From a virus: a stretch of 64,000 nucleotides of DNA. Below are positions 17,608-28,011 of the stretch, one piece after another. The stretch's first letter is position 1. Each line of letters starts with the position of its first letter. The position numbers were made by a program, and so were the translations under genes. The stretch lies in the IMG/VR virus record IMGVR_UViG_3300042885_000725, positions 5,591 to 69,590 of that record; one strand, 5' to 3'. A model generated the notes under the pieces. The model ran no database searches. It was not told where the DNA came from and saw nothing but the letters and a program-made list of their open reading frames with translations.

Positions 17608-20337
17608 ATGCAAGTATATAACGCAATGCAACTTAAAAAAGGAGCTAAGGCTTCTCATAATAGGATGGGTAGTATTACCCAACCGTTGCAATTTATTCCT
17701 AAAAAAGAAAAAGATGATGAGTGGGCTGCTTGGAATCTTGATTGGTTAGAATGGAACGGGTTAAAACAAATCCGCAGAAATGCGCGCAGACTAATGAAGA
17801 ACTATAAGCTTGCAAAAGGTATTATAGATAAGTCAGACTATATAGTTGAAGAAAACAATGAAATGAAAGAGATTGTTGATGTATTAACTAGAGAAGACTG
17901 GTCTGCTTTAGAATTAAAATTCTATCCTATTATTCCAAATGTTATTAATGTTCTTGTAGCTGAATTTGCTAAAAGATCTACTAAACTTACATACAGAGCT
18001 ATTGATGAATTCTCATACAATGAGATGATGGAGCAAAAAAGAAAGATGGTGGAGGATACATTAATGGCTGAAGCAAGTACTCAAATACAAGCTGCATTAA
18101 TGGAACAAGGTCTAGATCCTGAATCACAAGAAGCACAACAACAATTATCACCTGAAAATTTAAAAACATTACCACAGATTGAGCAGTTCTTTAAGAAAGA
18201 TTATAGATCACTTGTAGAGCAATGGGCTTCTCACCAACATAAAGTAGATGTTGAAAGATTCCGTATGGATGAACTTGAGGAAAGAGGTTTTAGAGATATG
18301 CTTATTACAGACAGAGAGTTCTGGCATTTTAGAATGATGGAAGATGATTATGATGTAGAGTTATGGAATCCTCCGGTTACTTTCTATCACAAATCTCCAG
18401 ATGCAAGATATATTTCTCAAGGTAACTGGGTTGGAAAAGTAGACATGTTAACTGTTGCTGATGTAATTGATAAGTACGGATATGTTCTTACAGAAGAACA
18501 ACATGAAGCATTAGAAGCAATTTACCCAATTAGATCTGCAGGTTATGCAATAGGAGGTCAAAATGATGGTACTTTCTATGATGCTACTAAGTCACACGAA
18601 TGGAATACTAACATGCCTTCATTAGCATACAGACAGTATACTACAATGATGGCCGGATCTGTATATGATGGTGGAGATATTATTAATCAAATCCTTTCTG
18701 AAGGAGAAGATTACTATGACCAAGGTACAGCATACTTGTTAAGAGTAACTACAGGTTACTGGAAGTCTCAAAGAAAAGTAGGACACTTAACTAAAGTCAA
18801 AGAAAGTGGTGAAGTAATTAATGAGATCATTACTGAAGATTATAAAGTAACTGACAATCCAATTTATGATACAAGGTTATTTAAGAATAAAACTAAAGAG
18901 AATCTTGTATATGGAGAACATATTGACTGGATCTGGATTAATGAGGTTTGGGGTGGTGTAAAAATTGGTCCAAATATTCCTTCATTCTGGGGTATGAATA
19001 ATCCGGGTGGTTTCTCTCCTGTTTATATTGGTATAGATAAAAACCATATTGGACCTTTAAGATTTCAATTTAAAGGAGACAATAGTTTATATGGTTGCAA
19101 GCTTCCTGTAGAAGGAGCTGTGTTTTCTGATAGAAATACTAAGTCAACTTCTTTGTTAGATTTAATGAAGCCATACCAGATTGGATACAACATTGTAAAC
19201 AATCAGATAGCTGATATACTAGTTGATGAGTTAGGAACAGTAATTTTACTTGACCAAAATTCATTACCTAGACACTCAATGGGTGAAGACTGGGGTAAGA
19301 ACAATTTATCAAAAGCGTATGTGGCAATGAAGAATTTCCAGATGCTTCCTTTGGATACCTCAATAAGCAATACGGAAAACCCTCTTAACTTCCAACACTT
19401 TCAGAAATTAGACCTTTCACAAACAGAAAGGTTAATGTCAAGAATTAAATTAGCAGAACACTTTAAGCAACAAGCTTATGATGTGATTGGTATTAATCCT
19501 CAAAGAATGGGTCAACAGTTATCACAAATGACTGCTACTGGAGTTGAACAAGCTGCATCAGCATCATATGCTCAAACGGAAGTATTCTTTATGCAACACT
19601 GTGATTACTTAATGCCTCGCGTACACACAATGAGAACTGATCTTGCACAGTACTATCATTCAACAAAACCGTCAGCTAGGCTTTCCTACATGACATCCCA
19701 AGATGAGAATGTAAACTTTGAAATAAATGGTACAGACTTATTGATGAGAGATCTTAATATATTCTGTAGTACTACAGCAAATCATAGAGCAGTGTTAGAG
19801 CAATTGAAACAAATGGCTATGACAAACAATACTACAGGAGCTACAATTTATGACTTAGGTAAACTTGTACAAGCTGATACAGTATCAGAAGTTAATAGTA
19901 CTCTTAAAGCTGCTGAAGAAAAACAACAACAACAAAAACAACAAGAGCAACAGCAACAACAAGAAATGCAACAACAACAAATGGAGTCTCAAGAAAGACA
20001 AAAGAAAATGGAACTTGATGCTCAAGAGTTAAGAGATGAAAAGAATAGACAAAGAGATATTCTTGTTGCTGAAATTAGAGCTGCTGGTATGGGGTCTATG
20101 GTTGACTTAAATGAAAATAAACAATCTGACTTCTTAGATGCTATGAAAGATATTAAAGATACTGAACAGTTTCAAGATCAAATGAATTTACAAAGAGAAA
20201 AAGAAACAAACAGAATGAATAATGACTCTCAAAAAAATCAAATTGAAAGAGAAAAAATACAAGCTCAAAAAGAAATAGCAGATAAACAACTTGCTGTTGC
20301 AAGAGAAAATAAAAATAAATATGATAAAAAAGAATAG
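17608..20337 (+). CDS. portal protein
   Basis: 909 aa after TerL; YPIIPNVINVL.E, MKPYQI.YNIV.N and a Q-rich coiled-coil C-terminus typical of crAss-like portals. Confidence 0.88.
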   Translation: MQVYNAMQLKKGAKASHNRMGSITQPLQFIPKKEKDDEWAAWNLDWLEWNGLKQIRRNARRLMKNYKLAKGIIDKSDYIVEENNEMKEIVDVLTREDWSALELKFYPIIPNVINVLVAEFAKRSTKLTYRAIDEFSYNEMMEQKRKMVEDTLMAEASTQIQAALMEQGLDPESQEAQQQLSPENLKTLPQIEQFFKKDYRSLVEQWASHQHKVDVERFRMDELEERGFRDMLITDREFWHFRMMEDDYDVELWNPPVTFYHKSPDARYISQGNWVGKVDMLTVADVIDKYGYVLTEEQHEALEAIYPIRSAGYAIGGQNDGTFYDATKSHEWNTNMPSLAYRQYTTMMAGSVYDGGDIINQILSEGEDYYDQGTAYLLRVTTGYWKSQRKVGHLTKVKESGEVINEIITEDYKVTDNPIYDTRLFKNKTKENLVYGEHIDWIWINEVWGGVKIGPNIPSFWGMNNPGGFSPVYIGIDKNHIGPLRFQFKGDNSLYGCKLPVEGAVFSDRNTKSTSLLDLMKPYQIGYNIVNNQIADILVDELGTVILLDQNSLPRHSMGEDWGKNNLSKAYVAMKNFQMLPLDTSISNTENPLNFQHFQKLDLSQTERLMSRIKLAEHFKQQAYDVIGINPQRMGQQLSQMTATGVEQAASASYAQTEVFFMQHCDYLMPRVHTMRTDLAQYYHSTKPSARLSYMTSQDENVNFEINGTDLLMRDLNIFCSTTANHRAVLEQLKQMAMTNNTTGATIYDLGKLVQADTVSEVNSTLKAAEEKQQQQKQQEQQQQQEMQQQQMESQERQKKMELDAQELRDEKNRQRDILVAEIRAAGMGSMVDLNENKQSDFLDAMKDIKDTEQFQDQMNLQREKETNRMNNDSQKNQIEREKIQAQKEIADKQLAVARENKNKYDKKE

Positions 20338-20427
20338 TCTTAGCTATATAGTGCTCAAAAATTTTTAAGACTATTTAAATTTTTCAAGTTTATTTATTAT
20401 ATTAAATTATAAACTAAAACCAACAAA

Positions 20428-21702
20428 ATGAATAAAGATGCAACTAATCTTGATGAGATTCAAGATTCTACAACGGTAGAGCAAGTTGATGTTAACATTG
20501 ATGAACTATTTGGTAATCCCGGAGCTGCAAACATCATGACACCGGAAGATGGTAAAGCAGAGGAAAAACCAAAAACCATGTTCAGTGCTGAAAACATTGA
20601 CACCTCGTTCCTTGACAATAAACCTGCTACAGCTCAAGAAAAAGCTCAAGCTGTAGAAGACAAAGCAGAAGTTGAAGAAACTATTGCTGAGTTAGATAAT
20701 CTTATTAGTCAAAATGAAGAAGCTAGTACTAAGAATGGAAGACCTAAAGTAGATAAAGATGGTCTTTATGATTTAGCTCAAAAGATGATTGAAGAAGGTA
20801 CCCTTATTCCTTTTGATGATGAAAAACCATTAGAAGAATATAGTACTAAAGACTTTAGAGAATTGTTTGAAGCAAACTTTCAAGAAAGAGAGAATGCAGT
20901 AAAACAAAATGTTCCTAAAGAATTTTTTAATGCTCTTCCTGAAGAACTTCAAATTGCTGCTAAGTATGTAGCTGACGGTGGTCAAGATTTAAAAGGTCTT
21001 TTTAGAACTCTTGCACATGTAGAAGAGATTATTGATTTAGATCCTACTAATGAAGCTGACCAAGAAGAAATTGCTAGACAATATCTTTGGGCTACTAACT
21101 TTGGAAATGCTGAGGAAATTGAATCAGAAATTCAAGATTGGGCGGACATGAATAAGCTTGAACAAAAAGCTAATCAGTTTAAACCTAAGTTGGATAGAAT
21201 GCAAGAAGAAATTGTTGCAAGACAATTAGCAGAGCAGGAACATAAAAAAGAACAACAAACTAAACAAGCTAAAGCTTATACTGATAGTGTATATAATACA
21301 CTTGCAGGAGGTGAAATTGGTGGTGTTAAATTGGATAAGAAAATTCAAAGTATTCTTTATTCAGGATTAGTTCAACCTAACTACCCTTCAATCTCAGGAA
21401 AGAATACAAACTTGTTAGGACACTTGTTAGAAAAGTATCAGTTTGTTGAACCTAATCATGGTTTAATTGCTGAGGCACTTTGGTTACTTCAGGATCCGGA
21501 AGGATACAGAACTAAAATCAAAGAGCAAGGTTCTAAAGCTGCTGTAGAAAAAACAGTAAGAAGTTTGAAAACTGAAGAGTCTAGAAAATTATCTAGTTCT
21601 TCAACTAACACCGGTGCAGGAGAAGAAAACAGACCATCTTCAAATAAACCACAAAAAACAATACAGCGTCAGAATACAAATATATTCAGACGTACATTTT
21701 AA
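20428..21702 (+). CDS. putative scaffolding protein
   Basis: Acidic, helical, between portal and MCP, with a short basic C-terminal tail. Confidence 0.7.
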   Translation: MNKDATNLDEIQDSTTVEQVDVNIDELFGNPGAANIMTPEDGKAEEKPKTMFSAENIDTSFLDNKPATAQEKAQAVEDKAEVEETIAELDNLISQNEEASTKNGRPKVDKDGLYDLAQKMIEEGTLIPFDDEKPLEEYSTKDFRELFEANFQERENAVKQNVPKEFFNALPEELQIAAKYVADGGQDLKGLFRTLAHVEEIIDLDPTNEADQEEIARQYLWATNFGNAEEIESEIQDWADMNKLEQKANQFKPKLDRMQEEIVARQLAEQEHKKEQQTKQAKAYTDSVYNTLAGGEIGGVKLDKKIQSILYSGLVQPNYPSISGKNTNLLGHLLEKYQFVEPNHGLIAEALWLLQDPEGYRTKIKEQGSKAAVEKTVRSLKTEESRKLSSSSTNTGAGEENRPSSNKPQKTIQRQNTNIFRRTF

Positions 21703-21726
21703 TTAGTAACTAATAAATAAATATAA

Positions 21727-23346
21727 ATGGCAACTCCAGTTTTAAACAATGGTATATTTCTGCGTGATACTGCATACAATGCAAGTTCACACGTAGATTC
21801 TTACCACTTAGTAAACATGTTGAAAGATGCTCAACCAATGGATTTAGGTCCGGTTGACTTATGGGCTATGTCCCAAAAAGTTGAAATGCCTTTGTACCAA
21901 ATGTCTTCTTTCGGTGGAAAGAATGTAATTATGGTAGACAATGCAAGAGGTGAATATAGATGGCAGACTCCTGTATCTATTGATCTTCCTTACATTATTG
22001 AGGACATTGAACCGGATAATGAATTCAAAGGTATTGAGGGTTCAACTTTCAGAATTAAATTAAACAGACGTGAGTTTGGACATGGTGATATGTTCACCTA
22101 TGACAAATACAACGGTGTTGAACTTTATGTAACAGCTGAAGATATCTTACCTGTAGGTGATGGATTTATCTATACCGTACAGTTAGTAAACAATGATAAC
22201 TTCAAGTTCTTGGATAACAAGTACTTAGCTAACGGAACTAAAGTTTTCCGTAAAGGTTCTGCTCGTGGTGAATATGGTGAGAGATTCTCTGACATCCAAA
22301 CTAGAGCTGGTTTCCGTGAATTCTACAATTATGTAGGAGGTGCAGAAGCTCACGTTCATTACTCTATCTCTTCTAGAGCAGATTTGATGATCAAAGGTGG
22401 TATGAATGCAGATGGTACAGTTCCTGTAACTGAGATCTGGAGAACATTTGATACAAACTTAAATGATCCTTCAATCAATAGCTTAGATGATATGGTTAAG
22501 ACATTAGGTAAAGACAAAGTTAAAAAAGCTTTTGACAATGGTGATTTATCTAGAACTTTCTTAACTACTATGGAAGCTGCTCACTTATCTAAGATTGCTC
22601 AAGATATTGAGACTTACTTAATGTGGGGACAAGGTGGTAGAATCAAACAAGATGGTCCAGATGATTTAAGATTGTCAGTGGGTCTTTGGAAACAGTTGGA
22701 TAACTCTTTCAAAAGAATCTACAACAAAAACAATTTTACATTGGATTTATTCCGTGGTGAGATCTACAACTTCTTCAACGGTAAAGTTGAGTTCCAAGGT
22801 CCAGATCCAAAACGCTCTCTAGTTGTTCAAACTGGTATGGGTGGTATGAGAATGGTAAATGAGGCTATCAAACGTGAGGCAGTATCTTCAGGTTTATTGA
22901 TCCAAGCTGCTGATATCGGTGCTATCACTGGTAAAGGTATGGACTTAAACTTTGGATTTGCATACACTTCATATGTTATCCCATTCTTGGCTAACGTGAA
23001 ATTTGTATTGAATCCTGCATTTGACAATGTTCATACAAATGATATTGAGAACCCAATCATTGATGGTTTCCCATTATCTTCTTATTCATTCATTATCTTT
23101 GATATCACTGATAATACAAATGATAACATCTACTTATTGAAATTATCTTGGGATAATCAATTGAAATGGTGGTATCAAAATGGTACTATGGACTACATGG
23201 GAAGAACTCAAGGGTTCCAATCTTCAGGTCAGTTCAATGGATACCGTGTAATGATGTCTCAAACAATGCCTGCTATTTGGGTTAAAGATCCAACTAAAGT
23301 ATTGAAAATTGTTATGAGAAACCCAATCACTGGCGGATCATTCTAA
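21727..23346 (+). CDS. major capsid protein
   Basis: 539 aa; crAss-like position; strongly biased codon usage (ttc/aac/cgt); followed by a strong terminator. Confidence 0.85.
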   Translation: MATPVLNNGIFLRDTAYNASSHVDSYHLVNMLKDAQPMDLGPVDLWAMSQKVEMPLYQMSSFGGKNVIMVDNARGEYRWQTPVSIDLPYIIEDIEPDNEFKGIEGSTFRIKLNRREFGHGDMFTYDKYNGVELYVTAEDILPVGDGFIYTVQLVNNDNFKFLDNKYLANGTKVFRKGSARGEYGERFSDIQTRAGFREFYNYVGGAEAHVHYSISSRADLMIKGGMNADGTVPVTEIWRTFDTNLNDPSINSLDDMVKTLGKDKVKKAFDNGDLSRTFLTTMEAAHLSKIAQDIETYLMWGQGGRIKQDGPDDLRLSVGLWKQLDNSFKRIYNKNNFTLDLFRGEIYNFFNGKVEFQGPDPKRSLVVQTGMGGMRMVNEAIKREAVSSGLLIQAADIGAITGKGMDLNFGFAYTSYVIPFLANVKFVLNPAFDNVHTNDIENPIIDGFPLSSYSFIIFDITDNTNDNIYLLKLSWDNQLKWWYQNGTMDYMGRTQGFQSSGQFNGYRVMMSQTMPAIWVKDPTKVLKIVMRNPITGGSF

Positions 23347-23356
23347 TAATACCTAG

Positions 23357-23394
23357 AATAGGTAGGGGATTAATTTCCTCTACCTATTTTTTTT
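23357..23394 (+). terminator. Rho-independent terminator after MCP
   Basis: AATAGGTAGGGGA / TCCTCTACCTATT plus T-run. Confidence 0.85.
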
Positions 23395-23428
23395 AATTAA
23401 TTTTACAAAAACAAAAACCAACAAAACA

Positions 23429-24445
23429 ATGGAAAATTTCACAATGGTTGAGACCGGAAAAGGCTCAATTAAAAAAACAGCTATTGCTGTAAGACCTTAC
23501 TTTGACAGCTCCGCTTCTAACATGGGATTAGAAGAATATGGTATGAGCTTATTTGATGGAGTAACACATAATGAGCAACTATCTTGTTTAGATAACAATG
23601 GTGTTGTAAGATATGTTACTGGATTAAATGAGTTTGCTCCGGAAATCAAATTACTTCCTATAGAAGAGAAAGAAGCAAGAGTAAGAGAGATCAGAATAGC
23701 AGTTGCAGAGTTAGAGCAAGAACTTGCTGCAAATGTTATTGATATTGATGATAAAGAATTCTGGAATAAGGTTATATTATTAAAACCTAACAACTCAGAA
23801 TTTTGGAATAGAATTAGTATGTCATGTGGTAATGAACCAGTATTCCTGGATCCTAAAGACCCATATGATAGAATTAAACTTTATGCAATTGAAGCTGGGG
23901 GATTCTCATTAGTTTCAAAAAGTTTAGAAGATGCTAGAGCAAAAGCTGTTCCACCAAAGTTTTACTTAGATAAAGAAGAGGAAACTGTAATGGTAAGAAC
24001 AGAGTACAAAAAATTACGTAACAAAGCTCTATCTGAATTGCAAAAATTATATGACAAAAATAGTACTAAGTTATTCTACATTGCAAAAATTGTAGATATC
24101 AACAGTACACAATATAGAAAATCTACTCAAAATGATACTATCTATGAGAACATGGATAACTTCATTGCAGGTTTAGGTGGAGAATCAAACAAAGAAAGAG
24201 CTGCTAAAACATTTATGGAAGTAGCTAATATGGATATGGAAACACTAAAAATTAAATCAATTGTTAGAGATTCCGTATTTTTTAAGTATATTGTTAATAA
24301 GGCAGATGGTTATATCTATCATACTAAAACTAACGCGTTGTTGGGTAGGAATGTATCTGATGTACTAGAGCACTTGAGAAATCCTTTAAATGAGGATATC
24401 TTAAAAGACTTAAATGCTGCTTGTGAAAAGTATTGGAACTCTTAA
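23429..24445 (+). CDS. conserved post-MCP protein (crAss gene 75-like)
   Basis: Synteny; ..FW....L...LD..DP.D pattern and C-terminal LGRN......L.NP.N. Confidence 0.6.
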   Translation: MENFTMVETGKGSIKKTAIAVRPYFDSSASNMGLEEYGMSLFDGVTHNEQLSCLDNNGVVRYVTGLNEFAPEIKLLPIEEKEARVREIRIAVAELEQELAANVIDIDDKEFWNKVILLKPNNSEFWNRISMSCGNEPVFLDPKDPYDRIKLYAIEAGGFSLVSKSLEDARAKAVPPKFYLDKEEETVMVRTEYKKLRNKALSELQKLYDKNSTKLFYIAKIVDINSTQYRKSTQNDTIYENMDNFIAGLGGESNKERAAKTFMEVANMDMETLKIKSIVRDSVFFKYIVNKADGYIYHTKTNALLGRNVSDVLEHLRNPLNEDILKDLNAACEKYWNS

Positions 24446-24457
24446 AAATAAAATAAA

Positions 24458-24628
24458 ATGAAATCTGCAAATGTAACTGGTACTAAATCTAAGAAACTAA
24501 TGGGTGTTACAAAAACTCCAACAGGTAAAGTAGGTGGTACAAACAAAGCTGTACAAGCAATTAAATCTCCAACAGGTAAAGTTGGAGGAATTTCTAAAGC
24601 ACCAAAAAAAGCATCTCCTTGTAAATAA
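24458..24628 (+). CDS. 56-aa Lys-rich protein with two K(T/S)PTGKVGG repeats
   Basis: ATG 24458 to TAA 24628; not in the ORF track. Confidence 0.7.
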   Translation: MKSANVTGTKSKKLMGVTKTPTGKVGGTNKAVQAIKSPTGKVGGISKAPKKASPCK

Positions 24629-24655
24629 GGGGATGTTTAATTTTATTTTAATATT

Positions 24656-24937
24656 ATGGCAAAGAAAAAAGTAGAAGAAGCTGTTGTTGAGAAAGTAAAG
24701 ACTCCAAGAGCTCCAAGAAAAAAAGTTGTAAAAAAAGTAGTTAAAAAAGTTGAAGCAACTGTAGAAGAAGTTTTACCAGTAGTTGAGAATGCTGTATATG
24801 AAACAACTAAAATTATTTCTGAACACAAAGAATTAGTTGAAGAAAAAGCTGAAGAGATTAAAGAAATAGTAATTGAATCAGTATCAACAGCTGCTAAAAT
24901 TAAATCTTTTTTCAAAAACTTATTTAAAAAGAAATAG
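24656..24937 (+). CDS. small Lys/Glu/Val-rich protein
   Basis: KKVVKKVVKKV low-complexity N-terminus. Confidence 0.7.
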   Translation: MAKKKVEEAVVEKVKTPRAPRKKVVKKVVKKVEATVEEVLPVVENAVYETTKIISEHKELVEEKAEEIKEIVIESVSTAAKIKSFFKNLFKKK

Positions 24938-24939
24938 TC

Positions 24940-25182
24940 ATGGCAAAAGTAAGTAAAGCAATTGCTACTCCGGTAAAGAAAGAAATGGACAGATGGGAAA
25001 TTGAATCTGCATTATCTACTTTGAAGAGAGCTGATGAAATCAGAAAAGATCCTAAAATGATGATGCATGTTGCAAAGCATGCACAAGAACAAATTAAAGC
25101 ACTAGGAGGAATAGTTACTTCAGGTAAAGCTCCAGCAGCAAAAACTGTAGCGAGACCAGTTAGAACTTTAAAAAGAAAATGA
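24940..25182 (+). CDS. small basic protein
   Basis: 80 aa; WEIESALSTLKRADEIRKD motif. Confidence 0.7.
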   Translation: MAKVSKAIATPVKKEMDRWEIESALSTLKRADEIRKDPKMMMHVAKHAQEQIKALGGIVTSGKAPAAKTVARPVRTLKRK

Positions 25183-25334
25183 TGGCAAAGCAAATGCTAA
25201 AAAGAAAAGACGGTAGTGTTTCCCAGAGAGGTCTCTGGGATAACATCCGTGCTAATGAAGGTTCTGGAAAGAAACCTACAGCAGCAATGCTAAAACAAGA
25301 GAAGAAGATTAAGGCAAAAACAAAAAAGAAATAG
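25182..25334 (+). CDS. 50-aa basic protein (MAKQMLKRKDGSVSQRGLWDNIRAN...)
   Basis: Overlaps the upstream stop; GLWDNI motif of small basic phage proteins; not in the ORF track. Confidence 0.7.
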   Translation: MAKQMLKRKDGSVSQRGLWDNIRANEGSGKKPTAAMLKQEKKIKAKTKKK

Positions 25335-25336
25335 TC

Positions 25337-25867
25337 ATGGCAGCTAAAGTAAAAGTTACTGCAGGTGGTGAAAAACATGTAGTATATAAAAAGACTACAA
25401 AAAAAGGTGAGGGAAAGGTTGGTAATATAATGGTTAACCATCCTACTAAAGATAAAGGTCAGTGGGATACAATAGATCTTACTGCAAAAGGAAGAGCAAA
25501 AACAGTAGCTCAGGGTGTAGCAGCTACAAAGAAATGGCATAAAGATAATCCTGATTACAACTATCAGGGAAAAGGTTTATCTAAAATGAAAACTGGTGGG
25601 TCTACGGCAGCTTGGACTAGAAAAGAAGGTAAGAATCCTACGGGAGGATTAAATGCTAAAGGAGTTGCTTCCTACAGAAAAGAAAATCCAGGAAGTAAAC
25701 TTAAAATGGCTGTGACTACTAAGCCATCAAAGCTTGATCCAGATAGTAAAGACGCTAAGAGAAGAAAAAGCTTTTGTGCTAGAATGTCAGGAGTTGATGG
25801 ACCTATGAAAGATGAGAAGGGAAAACCTACTAGAAAGGCATTAGCTTTAAGAAAATGGAATTGTTAA
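25337..25867 (+). CDS. basic protein with C-terminal DUF6321-like domain
   Basis: WTRKEGKNP.GGLN.KG...RRKSFCARMSG...ALRKWNC. Confidence 0.7.
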   Translation: MAAKVKVTAGGEKHVVYKKTTKKGEGKVGNIMVNHPTKDKGQWDTIDLTAKGRAKTVAQGVAATKKWHKDNPDYNYQGKGLSKMKTGGSTAAWTRKEGKNPTGGLNAKGVASYRKENPGSKLKMAVTTKPSKLDPDSKDAKRRKSFCARMSGVDGPMKDEKGKPTRKALALRKWNC

Positions 25868-25879
25868 AACTTATATATC

Positions 25880-26278
25880 ATGAAAAAAATGCAAGCAGGT
25901 GGTACTAAAACTTATAAAGGTACAAAAGGTGCTACAACAATTAAAAAAGAATCTAATACTTCTGTTCCTAATGTAGTCACAACTCATAAAGGTAAAAAAG
26001 GAGTTACCACTAAAACTAGTAATGATTTATGGAAAGGTCCTGATATTACTCATCAAGGTAAAAAAGGTATTACAACTAAAGAAAATAATACTAGTATTTC
26101 ACACACTAGCAAAAAAGGTACAACACAAACTTTTAAAGGAATAAGTACTTCTTATTCAAATAAAAAAGGTTATACAAATGTTGTTAAAGATAAAGATGGT
26201 TCTAAAAAAGTAACATACATAAGTAAAGCAAAACCTAACACCGGTGTTTTTAGTAAAACAATAAAACCTAAAAAATAA
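25880..26278 (+). CDS. Lys/Thr-rich repeat protein
   Basis: About five imperfect T(H/Y)xGKKGxTT repeats. Confidence 0.7.
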   Translation: MKKMQAGGTKTYKGTKGATTIKKESNTSVPNVVTTHKGKKGVTTKTSNDLWKGPDITHQGKKGITTKENNTSISHTSKKGTTQTFKGISTSYSNKKGYTNVVKDKDGSKKVTYISKAKPNTGVFSKTIKPKK

Positions 26279-26284
26279 ATAGTT

Positions 26285-26677
26285 ATGGCAAAGTGTATGA
26301 AATGTGGTGGAGCTAAGATGCAATCTGGTGGCTCTACAATGAAAACAACAGTAGGATCTGCTAAACCAAAAGCATTAATGTTTGGTATTCCTAATGGTGG
26401 TTCTACGGGACCTAATAAACAAGGGATTGATACAATGAAAAAAGGTGGTTCTAAAGTAACTGCTGTTAAACATTCATGCCCTCCAGGTACAGTTAGATCT
26501 GCTACAGGTGGATGTGTATCTGAAAGACCAAGCTTTAAAAAAGGTGGTTCTACATTTGGTATGCTATCTGTTAAAGCTGGTGTAGATAAAAATCCTAAAG
26601 CTACTGCTGCTGATAGAATTGCTGGTGCAAAAATGAGCAAGAAAAAGATGGGTGGTGCTACTAAAAAGAAGTGTTAA
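26285..26677 (+). CDS. basic protein with multiple xxxGG motifs
   Basis: MKCGG, MQSGG, MKKGG, FKKGG, KKMGG. Confidence 0.7.
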   Translation: MAKCMKCGGAKMQSGGSTMKTTVGSAKPKALMFGIPNGGSTGPNKQGIDTMKKGGSKVTAVKHSCPPGTVRSATGGCVSERPSFKKGGSTFGMLSVKAGVDKNPKATAADRIAGAKMSKKKMGGATKKKC

Positions 26678-26679
26678 TA

Positions 26680-26826
26680 ATGGCTGAGAAGAAAGATAAG
26701 AATTGGATACAAAAAGCAGTTAACCCTAAACATAAGGGTTACTGCACTCCAATGTCTAAACCTACTTGTACACCAAAGAGAAAAGCTTTGGCTAAGACAT
26801 TTAAAGCAATGGCTAAAAAGAAATAA
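26680..26826 (+). CDS. 48-aa basic protein (MAEKKDKNWIQKAVNPKHKGYC...)
   Basis: KNWIQ.A motif; fills the gap exactly; not in the ORF track. Confidence 0.7.
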   Translation: MAEKKDKNWIQKAVNPKHKGYCTPMSKPTCTPKRKALAKTFKAMAKKK

Positions 26827-26828
26827 TT

Positions 26829-27305
26829 ATGGCAAAGAAAAAAGAACTTCCAAAAGCAATGATGGGTAAAATTATTAAACCTATGGTTCGTGCTGTAGCA
26901 GCAACTGGTAGAGTTGCTGGTAAATCAACTGTTAGAGGTGCTAAGGCATTTGGTAAATCTGCTACTAATACTAGTGTAAAAGATTTCTTAAAGGGTAGTG
27001 ATATTAAAGCTGGTGTAAAAGGTTTTGCTAGAGGTGTGAAATCTGGAATAAAAACTGAAAAGGCTAAAGCTGCTGAAAGAGTAGTTGCTGAAAAAGCTAA
27101 AGTTGATAAAGCTAAGTTAGTGTCAGAAGAGAAAAGATTGATGGATGATTTAAATGCACAAAAAACAAATAAAACAACTTCTGGTAAAAAACCAATGAGT
27201 CCTCAAATGAAAAAAAGAATTAAACAAGCAGTGGTTATTGGTACAGTTGCGGCAGCTGCAGGAATTAAATATGCCAACCGCCCAAGAAGAACTTTAAATG
27301 ACTAG
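26829..27305 (+). CDS. basic protein with C-terminal hydrophobic segment
   Basis: LPKAMMG N-terminus; AVVIGTVAAAAGI segment. Confidence 0.65.
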   Translation: MAKKKELPKAMMGKIIKPMVRAVAATGRVAGKSTVRGAKAFGKSATNTSVKDFLKGSDIKAGVKGFARGVKSGIKTEKAKAAERVVAEKAKVDKAKLVSEEKRLMDDLNAQKTNKTTSGKKPMSPQMKKRIKQAVVIGTVAAAAGIKYANRPRRTLND

Positions 27306-27307
27306 TA

Positions 27308-28006
27308 ATGTTAAATAGCACTATTGAAATAAAAGTAAAACAGCGTCTTAACAAATTAGATTCTCAAGACTATGACAACATTCAATGTTGGCAAATAGTT
27401 GAGGCATTTAATAAAGCTCAGGTAGAATGGGTGAGAAGACAGCTGCATGGAACTAATGCTTTTAAAGAAGGAGATGAATCTAGTAACAGAAGAAAAGATG
27501 ATCTTCAAAGATTACTTGTATCTGAAAACTTATCTTTAGGAAAAAGAGATTTGTATTATACATCTTCTTTACCAGGTGATTACTTAGCTTGGAAAAGAGT
27601 AGATGTATATGCTAATAAAGAATGCTGCGATAAGAGAAAGATGGTAGTATATCTAGCAGAGGAAGATGATTTGAGTTTACTTTTAAGAGACAAGGCTAAA
27701 GAACCAAGTTTTGAGTGGGGAGAAACATTTGCTACTCTAATGGATAATGGTGTTAAAATATACACCAATGATAAATTTGATATACCTAATGCATCACTGA
27801 CTTATTATAGACAGCCTGTGAGGGTTCAGTTTTTAAACTGCTCAGACCCATACACCGGAGCTGCTTCTACAGCAGATGTATTATGTGAATTCAAAGATGA
27901 TATTATAGAACTAATAATAGATGATGCAGTAAGTATACTAGCAGGAGATATTGAATCAACAAATCAATATACTAGAAACTCACAATCATCAGAAAGAAAT
28001 AACTAA
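27308..28006 (+). CDS. putative head-tail adaptor / ring protein
   Basis: LNKLDS...FNKAQ...R.DDL..L...YYRQP...I...AV pattern of crAss-like ring proteins; synteny. Confidence 0.65.
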   Translation: MLNSTIEIKVKQRLNKLDSQDYDNIQCWQIVEAFNKAQVEWVRRQLHGTNAFKEGDESSNRRKDDLQRLLVSENLSLGKRDLYYTSSLPGDYLAWKRVDVYANKECCDKRKMVVYLAEEDDLSLLLRDKAKEPSFEWGETFATLMDNGVKIYTNDKFDIPNASLTYYRQPVRVQFLNCSDPYTGAASTADVLCEFKDDIIELIIDDAVSILAGDIESTNQYTRNSQSSERNN

Positions 28007-28011
28007 TAGAT

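Noticed and set aside
19921-19980. CAA-rich repeat in the portal gene
   Set aside because: Encodes an ordinary poly-Gln coiled-coil linker common in portal C-termini; not a regulatory repeat.
15392-23346. Introns or inteins in terminase, portal or MCP
   Set aside because: The ORFs are uninterrupted and of ordinary length; no intein C...HN or LAGLIDADG/HNH motifs seen.
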